34,115 nt of DNA, taken from NCBI GenBank assembly GCA_023128855.1, contig JAGMDE010000001.1, forward strand, positions 1-34,115. Reading direction: 5' to 3'. Each line of letters starts with the position of its first letter. Within the stretch, counting starts at the first letter, position 1. The DNA is from Thermoplasmatales archaeon (lineage in GTDB: Archaea; Thermoplasmatota; E2; DHVEG-1). The notes under the pieces were generated by a model that was not told the DNA's origin, made no database searches, and saw nothing but the letters and a program-made list of their open reading frames with translations. Positions 1 through 9,237 of this stretch are shown here, piece after piece. Both the position numbers and the translations under genes were made by a program.

Positions 1-253
1 CTCTTTCTGCAAGGGTTTCCCTAAGATCCTCAAGACCTTGTGTAGTTCCATATTGAAGAGCAGTTTTCCCATGATGCTTCATAACAGATTCTACTACTCC
101 ATATAAGTCATCAATAGGAAAAGAATCTGGATTAGGTAAACCGCCAGCAAAAGATATAATTTCAGGATCCTGAGTTACTTTAAGCAACTCTCGGATAACC
201 GATTTTCGCATTTTTCCGGCTCTATCTGAATATAATCTTTCTATATCTGTCAT
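1..253 (-). CDS. PLP-dependent class I/II aminotransferase (LysN/AspC-like), N-terminal fragment; gene runs off the window start
   Basis: Own minus-strand translation from the ATG at 253..251: MTDIERLYSDRAGKMRKSVIRELLKVTQDPEIISFAGGLPNPDSFPIDDLYGVVESVMKHHGKTALQYGTTQGLEDLRETLAER. The pattern S.IRELL..ISFAGG.P.P..FP...LQYG...G...LR is typical of this family. GAGGT lies ~7 nt upstream. The ORF is open at the window edge, so it is absent from the ORF track. Confidence 0.75.
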   Translation of the reverse strand, partial: MTDIERLYSDRAGKMRKSVIRELLKVTQDPEIISFAGGLPNPDSFPIDDLYGVVESVMKHHGKTALQYGTTQGLEDLRETLAER

Positions 254-337
254 AAAAACCTCAAGTCCCCAAATCAAATAATGTTTTAAATAAATTTTGT
301 AAAAAGGTTGAAATATCCCTAAAGCTATAGGGGAGCG

Positions 338-547
338 TTATTTTTTCCTTTCCTTCAAGAACAGGGGTCCTAAATGTTCTTCGAAGGCAGGCATTGTTTC
401 TAAGGTATCTTCACAGATATTAAAGCGATGAAATATTTCTAAAGCTAGTTGCTCATCTGTAGACAATGGACTGTTCTTTGCAGCAAACATCTTACTAATA
501 TTTTCTTTAGAGTTAAAGAGTTCATCCTCCATATTATCAGTGTCCAT
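338..547 (-). CDS. hypothetical small acidic protein (69 aa)
   Basis: ORF-track entry with non-repetitive composition. No recognisable motif and no clear SD. Confidence 0.3.
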   Translation of the reverse strand: MDTDNMEDELFNSKENISKMFAAKNSPLSTDEQLALEIFHRFNICEDTLETMPAFEEHLGPLFLKERKK

Positions 548-872
548 ACCATATTTAGTATTAATAAGCTTTTCTATTATAACAACAGTTTAACACTAGA
601 AAAACGAGGAGAATTTAGTGTAAGTTAATTTCTATAAAGCACCGGTTATTTGTATTACAAATAAAAGTACTAACACAATTGAGATAAAGCAAACGCTTAT
701 TATATCCTCTCTCTTTTTTTTGCTGATTTGCATCCCTTCCTAAACCAAATATAACATATTGTTTTATGTACCTTTTTTGTAGGTAGATATGCAGATGCAT
801 ATGCATGTTAATTCAAGCTAAAAAGACTAGAAAGACTTATTAGTGAAATTCAAACTCTACCCCAACAGTTAT

Positions 873-1916
873 ATGGAGAAACGTGAAATGGAAGCTATTA
901 TCCTAGCAGGAGGGTTCGGAACCCGGCTAAGACCCTTAACATATACAAAAGCCAAGTCATTATTACCAATACTAAACAAACCTATGATATTTCATCTTAT
1001 AGAAACTCTACCGGACGAAGTAAACAAGGTGGTTCTTGCTGTTAATTATAGGAAAGATCAAATTGAAAAATATTTCAAAGAAAATGATTGTGGAAAGGAA
1101 ACTATAGTTAATGATGAGCCAAAACCTCTTGGAACTGGTGGAGCTACAAAGTTTGCAGAAAGACATATTACAGGGCGTTTTCTCGTGTTAAATGCCGATG
1201 TTATATGTTCATTAAATCTTAGTGAAATGATCAAAATTCATAAAAAAAATAATGCCATGGCCACAATTTCTTTATGGCCAGTAGAGAATGTTTCAGAGTT
1301 TGGTGTCGTAGATGTAAAAGAAGATGGTAACATAGTAGGTTTTGTAGAAAAACCTAAACCTGAAGATGCACCATCTGAATTTATAAATGCTGGAGCATAC
1401 TGTTTAGAACCAGAAGTTTTAGATTATATAGAAACCGGTCGACTTATTTCGATGGAAAAAGAGATTTTTCCTAAGATAATCAAGGATACAGGAAGGTTTT
1501 TTGGCTTTAAATTTACAGGACATTGGATGGATATTGGCAGAATTAGCAGTTATCTTGAAGTTCATAGATTCTTAATGAGGGAAAAAAATATTCAAAACTT
1601 CCAAGGAGAAAACAACTCAATTAACGGATTTTTAAAACAATCATGTATCGGAAATAATGTGTCAATAGGTAAAAATTCCAATGTTGAATCATCAGTTGTA
1701 TATGATAATGCAATAATTGGTGAAAATGTAAATCTATCCGGTTGTGTTATCGGAGAAAACAGCAAAGTTAGCAATTTTTCTAATTTGAAGGATACAATAT
1801 TAGGGGACAATGAAACACTTGAAGAAGAAACCAGTTTAGATAATAAAGCAGTTTGGACTCAACCTAAACCTGAAGGGTATCCTGATAAACAGATTGGTAA
1901 TCCTATCGAGAAGTAA
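873..1916 (+). CDS. sugar-1-phosphate nucleotidylyltransferase with C-terminal left-handed beta-helix (archaeal GlmU/ManC-like)
   Basis: N-terminal ILAGGFGTRLRPLT (G-x-G-T-R-L nucleotide-binding signature), then LGTGGA. The C-terminal part has hexapeptide-like repeats (IGNNVSIGKNSNVESSVVYDNAIIGENVNLSGCVIGENSKV). I trimmed the start to the ATG at 873; the track uses a GTG at 843, and the ATG at 888 is also possible. Confidence 0.85.
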   Translation: MEKREMEAIILAGGFGTRLRPLTYTKAKSLLPILNKPMIFHLIETLPDEVNKVVLAVNYRKDQIEKYFKENDCGKETIVNDEPKPLGTGGATKFAERHITGRFLVLNADVICSLNLSEMIKIHKKNNAMATISLWPVENVSEFGVVDVKEDGNIVGFVEKPKPEDAPSEFINAGAYCLEPEVLDYIETGRLISMEKEIFPKIIKDTGRFFGFKFTGHWMDIGRISSYLEVHRFLMREKNIQNFQGENNSINGFLKQSCIGNNVSIGKNSNVESSVVYDNAIIGENVNLSGCVIGENSKVSNFSNLKDTILGDNETLEEETSLDNKAVWTQPKPEGYPDKQIGNPIEK

Positions 1917-1977
1917 AAAATGATAAGCTTCTGTAAATTAATGTAAAGTTTTGAATTTTTAACCTTCGATACATAAT

Positions 1978-2097
1978 TTATTTTTCATTTGCTTTACTCG
2001 CTAAAACTCGGGCGTGTTTTCCAACTAAACAAATTTTCCTAATATTTTCTATTTCCTTTGCCTCTTCAGCGGTTAAGATTTGGCCCACTATTATCAT
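1978..2097 (-). CDS. conserved micro-protein, 39 aa (paralog of 7393..7506)
   Basis: Own translation: MIIVGQILTAEEAKEIENIRKICLVGKHARVLASKANEK. AGGTGA lies ~7 nt upstream. It resembles the 37-aa ORF at 7393..7506 at the protein level (MxIVGQI..(A/P)EEAKE.E...K.L.VG..A(R/K)VLA.K). It is under 60 aa, so it is not in the track. Confidence 0.45.
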   Translation of the reverse strand: MIIVGQILTAEEAKEIENIRKICLVGKHARVLASKANEK

Positions 2098-2435
2098 TTT
2101 TCATTCACCTATTCTTTCTTTCAGTCCCCCGGTTTAATTGCATCAAAAAATATCTTAAAAAGGTCAATAGATTTTAGAGACAACCCGTTAAAATATTTAC
2201 AAAAAAACCGAGATATCTAATATAATCTACTGGTGCAAATGCAAGGCCCTAATAGGCCATTTACATATAATGGTATATATGTTTGCCATTTTACCACGCA
2301 AATTATATTATGTAATATTTATATTAGGTTATCATATAAATAATTTTCTAGAATTAAGCCGTTTTTTCAATAAAATTTTTCATAAAAACCTATTTATTGG
2401 TATTTTAGTTATCGCTCTTCAGCATACGTGGAGTA

Positions 2436-3830
2436 ATGGTGAAAGTTATGACCAAGTTATTTGGTACAAATGGAATAAGAGGTATTGTTAACGAAGATAT
2501 GAACTGTGATCTTGCCCTTGGTATAGGTAAAGCATGGGGAACATATCTCAGAAAAACAACTGATAGACCTAAAGTTGCAATTGGAACAGATGCAAGACTC
2601 TCCAATCATATGCTTAAAAACGCTATTTCAGCAGGATTTCTAGCAACAGGTTGTGATGTTGTAGATGTTGGTCTTGTTCCAACTCCCACTCTACAATATA
2701 CTGTAAAAGAGAAGGATTTTGATTCTGGTGTTATCATAACTTCTTCACATAATCCTCCCGAATTTAATGGAATTAAAGGTGTTGCTAGTGATGGTACCGA
2801 GTTTTCAAAAGACGTTGAAGAGGAAATAGAGAAAATATATTTTGCAGAAAATTATGGTCTTGCTTCTTGGAGTGATGTAGGAAAACTTACAACTTGGGAT
2901 GGTGCAATCGATCTATATATTAATGGAATTCTCAAAGCAGTTGATGCCGATTTAATTAAGGATAAAAAGTTCCATGTTGTTCTTGATTGTGGAAATGGAG
3001 CCGGATGTGTTTTAACCCCTATTCTTCTGAAGAAACTAGGCTGTAAAATCACTGAGCTTTATTGTGAACTTGATGGAATGTTTCCAGGTCATAATTCTGA
3101 GCCTTTACCTGAAAACCTCCAGGATTTAATTCATAAGGTTCCTGAAGTTGGAGCAGATGTTGGTGCTGCTCAAGACGGAGATGCCGATCGTGCAATATTT
3201 GTCGATGAAAAGGGAAACTACATATGGGGAGATAAATCTCTTGCACTGGGTGCAAAATATGCGACTAAAGAAAACAATGGTGGAATTAATGTAACACCCG
3301 TTACAACATCGAGTTGTTTTAAGGATGTTGTAGAGGAATACGGCGGATCTGTTATTGATACAATGGTTGGTTCTCCAGTTGTAGCTCGTGTTATGATGGA
3401 AAAAAACGCTGTTTTTGGTGGTGAAGAAAACGGCGGACTGATTTTTCCAGAAATGCAATACTGCCGTGATTCAGCAATGTCAATTGCAAAGATACTAGAG
3501 ATCATGGCAAAGGAAAACAAAAAATTATCAGAATTAATAGATGATATCCCGAAATATGAAGTATTTAAGACAAAAATGCCTTGTCCAAACGACAAGAAAG
3601 AAATAGTAATGAAAACACTTGCGAATCAAACAAAAGATGACAGCAGTGTTACAAAAGTAGATGAAACAGATGGTGTCAAACTCTATCTAAAGGACGGTTG
3701 GGTTCTTATGAGACCTTCTGGAACAGAGCCGATATTTAGAGTATACTCAGAATCAAAGGATAAAAACAGGGCAGAAGAGCTTGCAAGAACATATAAAAAA
3801 TTGGCAGAAAAAATAATTCAAAATCAATAA
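2436..3830 (+). CDS. phosphohexomutase (phosphoglucosamine mutase / phosphomannomutase family)
   Basis: FGTNGIRG N-terminus, phosphoserine loop TSSHNPPEFNGIK, metal-binding loop AQDGDADR, sugar-binding GEENGG, and phosphate-binding RPSGTEP near the C-terminus. Confidence 0.9.
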   Translation: MVKVMTKLFGTNGIRGIVNEDMNCDLALGIGKAWGTYLRKTTDRPKVAIGTDARLSNHMLKNAISAGFLATGCDVVDVGLVPTPTLQYTVKEKDFDSGVIITSSHNPPEFNGIKGVASDGTEFSKDVEEEIEKIYFAENYGLASWSDVGKLTTWDGAIDLYINGILKAVDADLIKDKKFHVVLDCGNGAGCVLTPILLKKLGCKITELYCELDGMFPGHNSEPLPENLQDLIHKVPEVGADVGAAQDGDADRAIFVDEKGNYIWGDKSLALGAKYATKENNGGINVTPVTTSSCFKDVVEEYGGSVIDTMVGSPVVARVMMEKNAVFGGEENGGLIFPEMQYCRDSAMSIAKILEIMAKENKKLSELIDDIPKYEVFKTKMPCPNDKKEIVMKTLANQTKDDSSVTKVDETDGVKLYLKDGWVLMRPSGTEPIFRVYSESKDKNRAEELARTYKKLAEKIIQNQ

Positions 3831-3947
3831 AGATAAAATAGGTTTGTGTGTATAAACTATCAAAACAGTGCTTTTCTCATTTTGACGTTTTAGCGCACTA
3901 AATTTATATAGGGTCAGCTTGAAAAAGATAGGTCATCGGGTGTGAGG

Positions 3948-4565
3948 ATGATGGAAAAAAAAGTAGGAATAGTTATTAGTATTACGCTAGTGTTGTTAAC
4001 CTCTGTTTTTTGTGGATGTATTGGAGAAAACAGCTCACCAGAAGCAGAATTTACCTATACACTTGCCCCAGACATAATATATCAAGCGGGGTATAATTTC
4101 ACTGATATGTCAACAGATGATGGAACAATAATCTCCTGGAATTGGTCATTTGGTGATGGAAACACTTCAGATGAACAAAATCCAATGTATTATTATACTG
4201 CAGATGGACTCTATGATGTGACACTTAATGTAACTGATGATAAAAATGCTGCAGGGGCTATTACAAAACAAATCCTTGTAGTAACATTACAGCCGTTACC
4301 TCTTCCTCCAGTTGCAAACTTTACATATGCTCCGATAGAAGGCATAACAAATGAGACAAATATTACATTTAATGCATCAAATTCAATTAATTACTCATCT
4401 ATTGTGTCTTATTACTGGGAATTCGGTGATGGAGTGAATATAACTGAAATAAATGTAACTACAATTCATAAATATGCTTCTGCTGGAGCATATAAAGTGA
4501 ATATGACAATAACAGATGAATATGACCAGGCAGACACTTATTCAAAGGACATTACTGTATCTTAA
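3948..4565 (+). CDS. secreted lipoprotein with two PKD domains
   Basis: Signal peptide plus lipobox (LLTSVFCGC). Two PKD-like units: WNWSFGDGNTSDEQNPMYYYTADGLYDVTLNVTDD and YWEFGDGVNITEINVTTIHKYASAGAYKVNMTITDE. I trimmed the start to the ATG at 3948; the track uses a GTG at 3942. Confidence 0.8.
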   Translation: MMEKKVGIVISITLVLLTSVFCGCIGENSSPEAEFTYTLAPDIIYQAGYNFTDMSTDDGTIISWNWSFGDGNTSDEQNPMYYYTADGLYDVTLNVTDDKNAAGAITKQILVVTLQPLPLPPVANFTYAPIEGITNETNITFNASNSINYSSIVSYYWEFGDGVNITEINVTTIHKYASAGAYKVNMTITDEYDQADTYSKDITVS

Positions 4566-4584
4566 AAAAACATAATGTAATGTT

Positions 4585-4618
4585 GGAAGGAAAACAGATT
4601 CCTTCCCAATCTTTTTTT
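4585..4618. terminator. hairpin plus T-tract between convergent genes
   Basis: GGAAGG (4585-4590), a 10-nt loop, CCTTCC (4601-4606), then TTTTTTT (4612-4618). It sits between the PKD gene (+) and the KaiC-like gene (-). Confidence 0.45.
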
Positions 4619-5351
4619 ATATATTCGACTTCAGCATTGGAGCTAGTTCTACTCCATTTTTAGAAGACATGGTAAGAACATATTTTGATCGCCCATGAGC
4701 AGTACCCCTCATTTTTACAACTTGAAAAGTACGTAATAAATCTCCTTTTCGTTCAATATCTCCTAAAAATAAAATGCCATCGGCAATAAATTCCTCTATA
4801 TCATATTGAGAATATTGGAAAACTCTGGGCGGAACTTCAGAAGTTAAAAAAGTAGTACACATTAATGCTGTTAGAGAAGAGCCAAGTTTAAAGATAAAAT
4901 CTCTGATCATTTCTTTTGTTTGTAAACGATAACATAGTGATGTTATTGAATCAATTACCAAGCGTTTAGCACCTAGTTCTTTTGTAATATCCCTAATAAC
5001 TTCAAAGAGTATGTTTGCTTCCTCTAGGTTGTATCGCTCAGGATGCAGACCAAGACGATCACTGATACTCCATAGATCAATTATGCTAAGTTCACCCGAT
5101 TTTATTAGTTTTTCATCAAAGAAATTATAGCCACCTTGAAATCTTTTTATCTTGTCAATAGTTTCAGTTGCTGTAAAAAATACTCCTTTTTCATTAAACT
5201 TAACTCCATTAGTTAAAAACTGCATACTTAAAGTGGTTTTACCTACTCCACTTCCACCAGACACTAGAACTATACTGCCCTGTGGAACCCCTCCACTAAG
5301 CTCTGAATCCAGAAGTTCAATACCAGTTTGACACCTTGGTCTTGTAGTCAT
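4617..5351 (-). CDS. KaiC/RadA-like RecA-superfamily ATPase
   Basis: Walker A GGSGVGKTT, Walker B-like RLVIDSITSL, and a KaiC-type N-terminus (TGIELLDSELSGGVPQGSIVLVSG). I trimmed the start to the ATG at 5351, which is preceded by GGAGAGGT; the track uses a GTG at 5363. Confidence 0.85.
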   Translation of the reverse strand: MTTRPRCQTGIELLDSELSGGVPQGSIVLVSGGSGVGKTTLSMQFLTNGVKFNEKGVFFTATETIDKIKRFQGGYNFFDEKLIKSGELSIIDLWSISDRLGLHPERYNLEEANILFEVIRDITKELGAKRLVIDSITSLCYRLQTKEMIRDFIFKLGSSLTALMCTTFLTSEVPPRVFQYSQYDIEEFIADGILFLGDIERKGDLLRTFQVVKMRGTAHGRSKYVLTMSSKNGVELAPMLKSNI

Positions 5352-5483
5352 TACCTCTCCCACATAACCTGAATATGAAATAGCATATCTATATTAAATT
5401 ATTTTTCTTTTCCTTAAAACCCAAGAAAACATTAATAATACATGTTTGATTAGTGGTTTGAAATCATCTTACAGAGGAATAAA

Positions 5484-5903
5484 ATGAATAAGGATGAAGA
5501 ATTGAACAGATATATGGTTCAAATCGAACAATATAAAGAACAAATGAGCCAATTGGAAATGCAATTTCAATATCTCCATGCATCACTTGCTGATTATAAC
5601 AAAGCCAAGATGACATTGGAAAACTTGAGTAACACAGATACTGGATCTGAAGTATTACTCCCTATCGGTGGAGGTGCTTTTATAAGTGCCACTGCAAAAA
5701 ATACATCTAAAGTACTTATGGATATAGGGGGAGATCTTGTAACAGAAAAAACTCCAGAGGATGTGATTAAGAAAATTGATGAGAGACTAGAAAATCTAGA
5801 AAAAACACAAGTAAAAATGAATGAAATGATGCAAAATTTACAAAACGAAGCAGCTGAAATCTCTGCTAATGCGCAAAAATTAATTTCAGAACAACAAGGA
5901 TAA
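5484..5903 (+). CDS. pfdA: prefoldin alpha subunit
   Basis: 139 aa. Coiled-coil N- and C-terminal arms flank a central beta-hairpin region (EVLLPIGGGAFISATAKNTSKVLMDIGGDLVTE). It lies immediately upstream of ftsY, a common archaeal arrangement. Confidence 0.8.
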   Translation: MNKDEELNRYMVQIEQYKEQMSQLEMQFQYLHASLADYNKAKMTLENLSNTDTGSEVLLPIGGGAFISATAKNTSKVLMDIGGDLVTEKTPEDVIKKIDERLENLEKTQVKMNEMMQNLQNEAAEISANAQKLISEQQG

Positions 5904-5918
5904 AATTGGGTATAAATA

Positions 5919-7271
5919 ATGTTTAAATTTTTAAAGAAGAAACTTAAAAAATTCGAAGATCAACTTGAAGCTGAGTTGGAGGCCGAGTTAGAAAAAGAAA
6001 TTAAACCTGAACTAGAAGAACCTAAACCAGAACCAATACCAACACCTCCAAAACCAGTAGTTGAGGAAAAACCTGTTGAAAAACCAAAGGAAATCCCAAA
6101 ACCAGTTGAAAAACCTCCTGAAAAAGAGATACCCAAACCCGTAACTATAAAACCAAAAGAAGTAAAGAAACCAATAGAACCAGTAAAGAAAGAAATTCCT
6201 GAGGAAAAACCAGAAGAAATCGATAAAAAAATAGATCAACTAATAAAAAAAGTAGAAAAACCTGATGAAAAAGAGCGGAAAGCAAGAATTGAAAGAGACA
6301 GACGTAAAAGACAAGAAGAAATCGATAAACAGATTGAAAAAAGCATTGAAACAGAATTGGAACACACTCTAAGAGCAAAGAGAAGCATTCAAGAAATTGT
6401 AAAAGTAGAGAAAAAACCAACTCGTGGAATTAGTGAGGAAAAACTTGATGATCTTCTTTGGGAACTTGAAGTCGGTCTTCTTGAATCCGATGTTGCATAT
6501 ACTGTTATTGAGTCAATAAAGAAGGATCTTAAAGAAGAACTTAGAAATATATCATTTGAAAAGGGGAAGGTCGGCGAAACTGTTGAAAAAGTTCTAAAAA
6601 ATGCTATATCCCATGTTTTGAAATCAAATGAGCTAGATTTTAATGAGTTTATTGAGAAAAACGAGAAGCCTGTTGTAATCATGTTTGTAGGTGTAAACGG
6701 TAGTGGTAAAACTTTGGCTATTGCAAAGATTGCAACCATGCTTAAAAAAATGGGGAAATCTTGTGTAATGGCCGCTGGTGATACCTTCCGAGCTGGAGCT
6801 ATCGAACAATTAACCATTCATGCAGAAAAAGTTGGTGTAAAAATAATTAAACATGGCCCTGGTGCTGATCCAGCGGCTGTAGCTTTTGATGCAATTGATC
6901 ATGCCAAGGCAAAACACAAAGATGTTGTTTTACTTGATACAGCAGGCAGGGTTCAGACAAATATTAACCTAATGGATGAAATGGCCAAGATTAAACGTGT
7001 GGCTAAACCTAGCATGATTATTTTTGTTGGAGATGCCCTTTCTGGTAACGATGCCGTTGAGCAGGCTAAGCGCTTCAATGAGGTTGTTGGAATTGATGGA
7101 GTTATTCTAACAAAGGTTGACACTGATGCTAAAGGTGGTAGTGCTTTATCTGTTGCGTATACTATTGGAAAACCCTTGCTTTACATAGGTGTAGGCCAAG
7201 GGTATGAGGATCATGTTGCTTTTGATCCAGAATGGATGATAGAGAACATTTTTGGCAAATCGGAGGGATAA
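5919..7271 (+). CDS. ftsY: signal recognition particle receptor FtsY
   Basis: NG domain with G1 GVNGSGKTL, GDTFRAGA, G3 DTAGR, G4 TKVDT and GVGQGYEDH. The N-terminal ~150 aa is a P/E/K-rich low-complexity extension. Confidence 0.95.
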   Translation: MFKFLKKKLKKFEDQLEAELEAELEKEIKPELEEPKPEPIPTPPKPVVEEKPVEKPKEIPKPVEKPPEKEIPKPVTIKPKEVKKPIEPVKKEIPEEKPEEIDKKIDQLIKKVEKPDEKERKARIERDRRKRQEEIDKQIEKSIETELEHTLRAKRSIQEIVKVEKKPTRGISEEKLDDLLWELEVGLLESDVAYTVIESIKKDLKEELRNISFEKGKVGETVEKVLKNAISHVLKSNELDFNEFIEKNEKPVVIMFVGVNGSGKTLAIAKIATMLKKMGKSCVMAAGDTFRAGAIEQLTIHAEKVGVKIIKHGPGADPAAVAFDAIDHAKAKHKDVVLLDTAGRVQTNINLMDEMAKIKRVAKPSMIIFVGDALSGNDAVEQAKRFNEVVGIDGVILTKVDTDAKGGSALSVAYTIGKPLLYIGVGQGYEDHVAFDPEWMIENIFGKSEG

Positions 7272-7392
7272 TTTTTCACTAGAATTTTGTTAAATTATCT
7301 TTTAGGATAGAGGTGTAAAGATAGAGGGTAACATTTGTACAATAATCCCTTTTAAAGGTGAGTTACAAAACAACATTTGAGGCGAGATAAAA

Positions 7393-7506
7393 ATGATGAT
7401 CGTAGGACAAATCTCATCACCTGAGGAAGCTAAAGAAATGGAACTAGCAGCAAAATGTTTAGTCGTTGGAATCAGAGCAAAAGTTTTAGCAAAAAAAATC
7501 AAATAA
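7393..7506 (+). CDS. conserved micro-protein, 37 aa (paralog of 1978..2097)
   Basis: Own translation: MMIVGQISSPEEAKEMELAAKCLVVGIRAKVLAKKIK. GAGGCGAG lies upstream. This supersedes the antisense track ORF 7302..7568(-). Confidence 0.45.
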   Translation: MMIVGQISSPEEAKEMELAAKCLVVGIRAKVLAKKIK

Positions 7507-7617
7507 GAGGTACAATAGCATGAAAAACGACAAAAAACAGAGTACTGATTTAAAAAAGAAAAAAACAATCCCTACTGAAATACCAATAATTTGGGTTAAT
7601 ATCTAAAATTGATTTTT

Positions 7618-8742
7618 TTAATTATCTATCTTGTAATTATCGATCATGTCCAATGAGTATTCTATATATTGATCTGTTGATCTATCCCAAATAATTTCTT
7701 CAATAGGTAATTCTGACTGATTAACGATAAAATTAATCATTTGTGGTTTTTGATTATTAATCTCTTCACTATATTCATCTAATCCAATTCTGATAGTATC
7801 ATCAACTATGAAAACAACTGTTAGGGAATTGTAAGGGTGATACGTTTTACCATCGTACAAAATTCGCCCATATTCATAATAAATATGATCAAAATCACCC
7901 CAAGAATAAAAATTCTCTCCAATTGAAAACCATGAGCTGTGATAAATACCATTTTCTTCAACAACTGTATAGTGATCAATACTAAGTGAGACTATTATTA
8001 AGAAAACAACTCCAAAAATCAACAATAAAAAACTAATGATTTTCAATACCTTTTTTCTTGATCTCAAGGATTTTTGTTTTCTTTTAGCCCAATAATTTTT
8101 TGTACCAAATTCGTTTTGATCTTTTTCATCATCTTTTGAAACGTCTATACTACTAATTGAATAATAAATCTCAGATCCATGTTCTTTACCCAACTTCGTT
8201 ATGTAGAACTTCTCATTAAAACAGGTAAGAGCTATTACAGCACAAAAAGTAATTGCAAAAATACCAACAGGTATTGCAAATGGGAGAAAGGATTCAATTA
8301 TCAAAAATTTTCCATCTCTTATGAGTGCATCTTGTATTACTCTGAAAAAAAAGTAAAAAAAAGCAAGTAAAGATAAAGTTAGAAAGCCGAAAATTGAAAG
8401 CCCAAATTTAAAACCAAGTCTCCAATGTACCCGACTCCAAACTATTTCTTCAGCTACTTCATTAACAGGCATAGTAAGATCTTTTTCAATAGACGTTAGC
8501 TGATTAAGAGGTGATGTTAATGCTAAATATTCTTCTGGATATCCGTCAACTTTGGAATAAGGGATTAATTCTACTAATAGTTTATTTCCTTCTTTGATAT
8601 CCAGCGTTGAAATGTTTTTAATTTTATAAATTAAGGTTTGAATTTCTTTGTCAACTTTTTCCTTTGTAGGAACTAGTCCTCTAAATATTATAATAATAAA
8701 AGCAACCGCAGGTGCTGATAATAAAAGCTCTACCAGCATCAT
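7618..8742 (-). CDS. polytopic membrane protein, unknown function
   Basis: 374 aa with several hydrophobic helices. Its start lies 1 nt after the stop of the upstream CBS gene, suggesting an operon. Confidence 0.7.
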   Translation of the reverse strand: MMLVELLLSAPAVAFIIIIFRGLVPTKEKVDKEIQTLIYKIKNISTLDIKEGNKLLVELIPYSKVDGYPEEYLALTSPLNQLTSIEKDLTMPVNEVAEEIVWSRVHWRLGFKFGLSIFGFLTLSLLAFFYFFFRVIQDALIRDGKFLIIESFLPFAIPVGIFAITFCAVIALTCFNEKFYITKLGKEHGSEIYYSISSIDVSKDDEKDQNEFGTKNYWAKRKQKSLRSRKKVLKIISFLLLIFGVVFLIIVSLSIDHYTVVEENGIYHSSWFSIGENFYSWGDFDHIYYEYGRILYDGKTYHPYNSLTVVFIVDDTIRIGLDEYSEEINNQKPQMINFIVNQSELPIEEIIWDRSTDQYIEYSLDMIDNYKIDN

Positions 8743-8743
8743 T

Positions 8744-9163
8744 TTAATCTTTCCATCTTGCCTTTACCCAGGTATCAACAAACCTATCTGATAAATCAGG
8801 TCGGGCTTTTGCAATATCTAAAGCAGTTATAATCCCAACAATCTCATCATTTACTAAAACTGGTAATTTTTTAATTTCGAAAAATTCCATGTATTCAATA
8901 GCAGTCTCAATTTTATCCAAAGCATGAACAGTAACCAGATCTGTGGACATAATATCACCGATTTTTGTTTCGTAAGGATCTATCCTTGAACATATAGTCC
9001 TTTCAATGATATTACGCTCTGTTGCTATACCTACACATCTTCCTTCATCTGTTACAAGTAAACAACCAATTTTTTTATCTTTATATAAGTTACACGCGTC
9101 AAAAATTGTTTTATTACGATCTATGGTAACTACATTTTTTGTCATAACTTCTTTTACCAGCAC
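8744..9163 (-). CDS. CBS-domain pair protein
   Basis: Tandem CBS motifs (VMTKNVVTIDRNKTIFDACNLYKDKKIGCLLV.. and IMSTDLVTVHALDKIETAIEYMEFFEIKKLPVLV..). I trimmed the start to the GTG at 9163; the ATG at 9145 is the alternative. The track's 186-aa version adds an implausible hydrophobic N-terminus that overlaps the divergent gene. Confidence 0.8.
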   Translation of the reverse strand: MLVKEVMTKNVVTIDRNKTIFDACNLYKDKKIGCLLVTDEGRCVGIATERNIIERTICSRIDPYETKIGDIMSTDLVTVHALDKIETAIEYMEFFEIKKLPVLVNDEIVGIITALDIAKARPDLSDRFVDTWVKARWKD

Positions 9164-9237
9164 CCATACCACCGTATTTATTCCAATATGATAACAGCTA
9201 ATATACTTAAATACCAAACGTATATAATTAAAAGGAA

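Noticed and set aside
615-806. Intergenic track ORFs 615..806(-), 2270..2491(+) and 2405..2605(-).
   Set aside because: These are AT-rich intergenic or promoter regions, or overlap the start of the phosphohexomutase gene. There are no SD sequences, and the predicted products are implausible.
6012-6817. Track ORFs 6012..6239(-), 6145..6420(-) and 6389..6817(-).
   Set aside because: They are antisense to ftsY. Their F/L/W-rich repetitive products mirror the K/E/P-rich repeat of the real gene.
7302-7568. Track ORF 7302..7568(-), 88 aa.
   Set aside because: It is antisense to the SD-preceded micro-ORF 7393..7506(+), which has a protein-level paralog at 1978..2097. The product is Cys/Phe-rich junk-like sequence.
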